Positions 37,801-40,001 of a DNA stretch of 40,001 nt are shown piece by piece (the stretch's first letter is position 1; every line of letters starts with the position of its first letter). The position numbers were made by a program, and so were the translations under genes. Below the pieces are notes generated by a model. The model had not been told where the DNA came from and did not search any database. It saw only the letters and a list, made by a program, of their open reading frames with translations. Source of the DNA: an uncultured Clostridia bacterium (GTDB lineage Bacteria; Bacillota; Clostridia; Christensenellales; Aristaeellaceae). The stretch is taken from the NCBI GenBank assembly GCA_937907055.1, contig CALCTW010000024.1:8968-48968 (forward strand), written 5' to 3'.

Positions 37801-40001
37801 ACAAGACCGGCGCTGCCTTCGCTGATTACGGCGCTCACATCATCCACGGCGCTGCCAACGCGATGTATCTGCCCAAGGTGGTTGCTTTCAACGCCAAGGA
37901 AGAGACTGCCAAGAAGCGCTACGGCGTGATCGTGGATTACATGGGTATTGCCGATAAGAGCGCTTCCGACGATGAAAAGGTGGCCGCCCTGATCGCTTAC
38001 CTGCGTAAGATGAACGATGACCTGAACATCCCCCACAGCATCGGCACCTACGGCGCGGACAGCTATCCCACCGAGAAGGGCTTTGTGCCGGAGGAAGTGT
38101 TCCTGGAGCGCCTGCATGATATCGCTGTGAACGCGATCGGCGATGCCTGCACCGGTTCCAACCCCCGTCAGCCCTCCGTGGAGGAAATGGAAAAGCTGCT
38201 GAAGTGCTGCTACTATGACACTGAGGTGGATTTCTGATCTGAGTGAATAAAGGGAAGGATCCCGCAAGGGAAACCGAACTGAACACACAGGGCCCCGGCG
38301 AAATGCCGGGGCTTTTTGCGTAACAAAAAAACCGGGCAAATTGATATGTACCCCCAATACTGGACAACCAGTATTGGGGGTATTTGCATGAAATACAGTA
38401 ACGAATTCAAGTTAAAGAGTGTGGAGATGTATCGAGAAGGGAGATACCCAGATACACCGAAAGGGATCAGTAAAGAAGAATTTCACAAGACAATCAGGCA
38501 ATGGGTTCGGATGGAAGAAGCATCAGGTCCCGAGGTACTCAAGCATAAGAATCACAATAAAGAATGGACAGTTGAAGAAAGATATAAGTTGGTGGCAAAA
38601 GTACTGGCAGGACAATCAATTAAATCTGTAGCAGTGTCAAGAGGAATAAACTCTGGGTTATTGTATCAATGGGTACGAAGGTATAAAATGAGAGGGTATG
38701 AAGGACTTGCCACTATGAAGAAAGGCAGGCCATCCAAGGAGCCCTCCATGAAAAAGAAAGAGTTACCGGCAGAATTAACACCCTCTGAGCGTGAAGAAAT
38801 GATTCGCCTCAAGGCAGAAATAGAATATCTTCGAGCGGAGAACGCTGTAATAAAAAAAGAAATCGCCTTGAGAGAAGAACAAAAGGCAGCGCAACTCAAG
38901 GCGAAAAGGCAGCGCTCGTCAAGGAACTCCGAGAAGAAGGACATCCGCTAAAGTATTTGCTCAAAGCCATCGGCATGTCTAAATCGACCTTTTACTTTGA
39001 GTTGAGCAAAACAGATGCTGTTCAGGAACGTAATGCACCCATAGAATCCGAGATTCATGTCATATTTGCACAGAACAAGGGCCGCTATGGTGTCAGACGA
39101 ATCCATGCAGAGCTGGTCAACCGAGGGTTTACTGTGAATCACAAGCGCGTTCAGCGAATCATGCACAACCTGGGTTTGCTCGGCAAACGTCCCAAGGAAA
39201 AGTATCATTCCTATAAAGGAGATGTCGGTTGTGTAGCAGCAAATGTGATTGACCGTGACTTCAGCACAACAGCACCGCTGGAAAAGTGGACAACAGATGT
39301 ATCTCAGTTCAGCTTTTCGTGGGGCAAATGCTACATTTCGCCTATCTTGGATATGAACACAAATGAAATTATTGCTTACGATCTTTCTCAAAGCCCAAAC
39401 CTTGAACAGATCAGCAGAATGCTGCATTCAGCTTTTGAGCGATTCCCTCATCCTGAAGGTCTGGTGATGCATTCGGATCAGGGCTGGCAATACCAACATA
39501 CGCTGTATCGAGAAGAACTGAAGAAACATGGTGTGATCCAATCCATGTCCCGAAAAGGCAATTGCTATGACAACTGCATAATGGAAACCTTCTTTGGACG
39601 TTTGAAAAACGAGATGTTTTATGGTTATGAAAAACAGTATGATTCTTTCGCCGCTTTCTCTGCCGCAATTGCAGAGTATATCGATTACTACAACAACGAA
39701 AGGATCCAACGCAAAACAAAATGGATGCCTCCTGCAAAATACAGGAAAGCATCCATGAATTTCAGTTGTTGAGCTTACTAAACGAACGGTGTCCAGTTTT
39801 TTGGGTACATATCAAATGCCCGGTTCTTCGTTTTTAGGTTGATCAATTCTTTTTCTTGTCGGGATGGCGCATCTCACGATAGAGCATATCGGCAAGCGTA
39901 TTCATGATGGCGTTATACTTGCCCTGATCCTCAAACAGAGAGGTGTAGGTCTCCTGAGATTCCATGTAGCTGTCCTGCGCGGCTGTGTTGAAGGCCTGCG
40001 G

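Overview
GC-rich bacterial chromosomal segment with Gram-positive-style GGAGG ribosome-binding sites and Clostridia-like gene content (taxonomy is inference only). Layout: (i) 1-9.1 kb holds housekeeping and carbohydrate genes. On the + strand are an isocitrate/isopropylmalate-dehydrogenase-like protein, an alkaline-phosphatase-superfamily enzyme and a CotH-family protein. On the - strand are a GH31 alpha-glucosidase, a small membrane acyltransferase-like protein, dCMP deaminase, MTA/SAH nucleosidase and an M19 dipeptidase. (ii) 9.3-14.7 kb holds four secreted or cell-surface genes: a lipoprotein with two zinc ribbons, 44-aa repeats and a DUF6273-type domain; a shortened tandem paralogue; an NlpC/P60 hydrolase; and a protein with six H-C-C-C modules. 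(iii) 14.9-30.5 kb is a single-strand Wzx/Wzy-type polysaccharide locus. It has an initiating sugar transferase, a GNAT-PLP fusion, two ATP-grasp enzymes, GT4, GT2, a polymerase, a pyruvyl transferase, a flippase and a nitroreductase. It also has a galacturonokinase-like GHMP kinase, Ugd, a nucleotidyltransferase and a UDP-glucuronate 4-epimerase. (iv) 30.5-38.2 kb is housekeeping: DUF554, a Trk/Ktr K+ uptake pair, a TtcA-like PP-loop ATPase, a flavoprotein, BioY, GpsA and an iron alcohol dehydrogenase. (v) 38.3-39.8 kb is a visibly AT-richer IS3-family element sitting in the centre of a terminator palindrome, followed by the 3' end of a minus-strand gene. I found no rRNA, tRNA or CRISPR array. 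Main observation: five in-frame TAG codons interrupt four otherwise intact genes, with homology continuing in the same frame after each TAG and no frameshifts or TGA/TAA lesions. By my reading none of the ~38 reading frames in the window needs TAG as its true terminator; all end on TGA or TAA. This fits UAG being read as a sense codon (possibly Gln-like) or efficiently suppressed in this organism. The alternative is a local cluster of amber-nonsense pseudogenes. Deciding between them needs whole-genome analysis.
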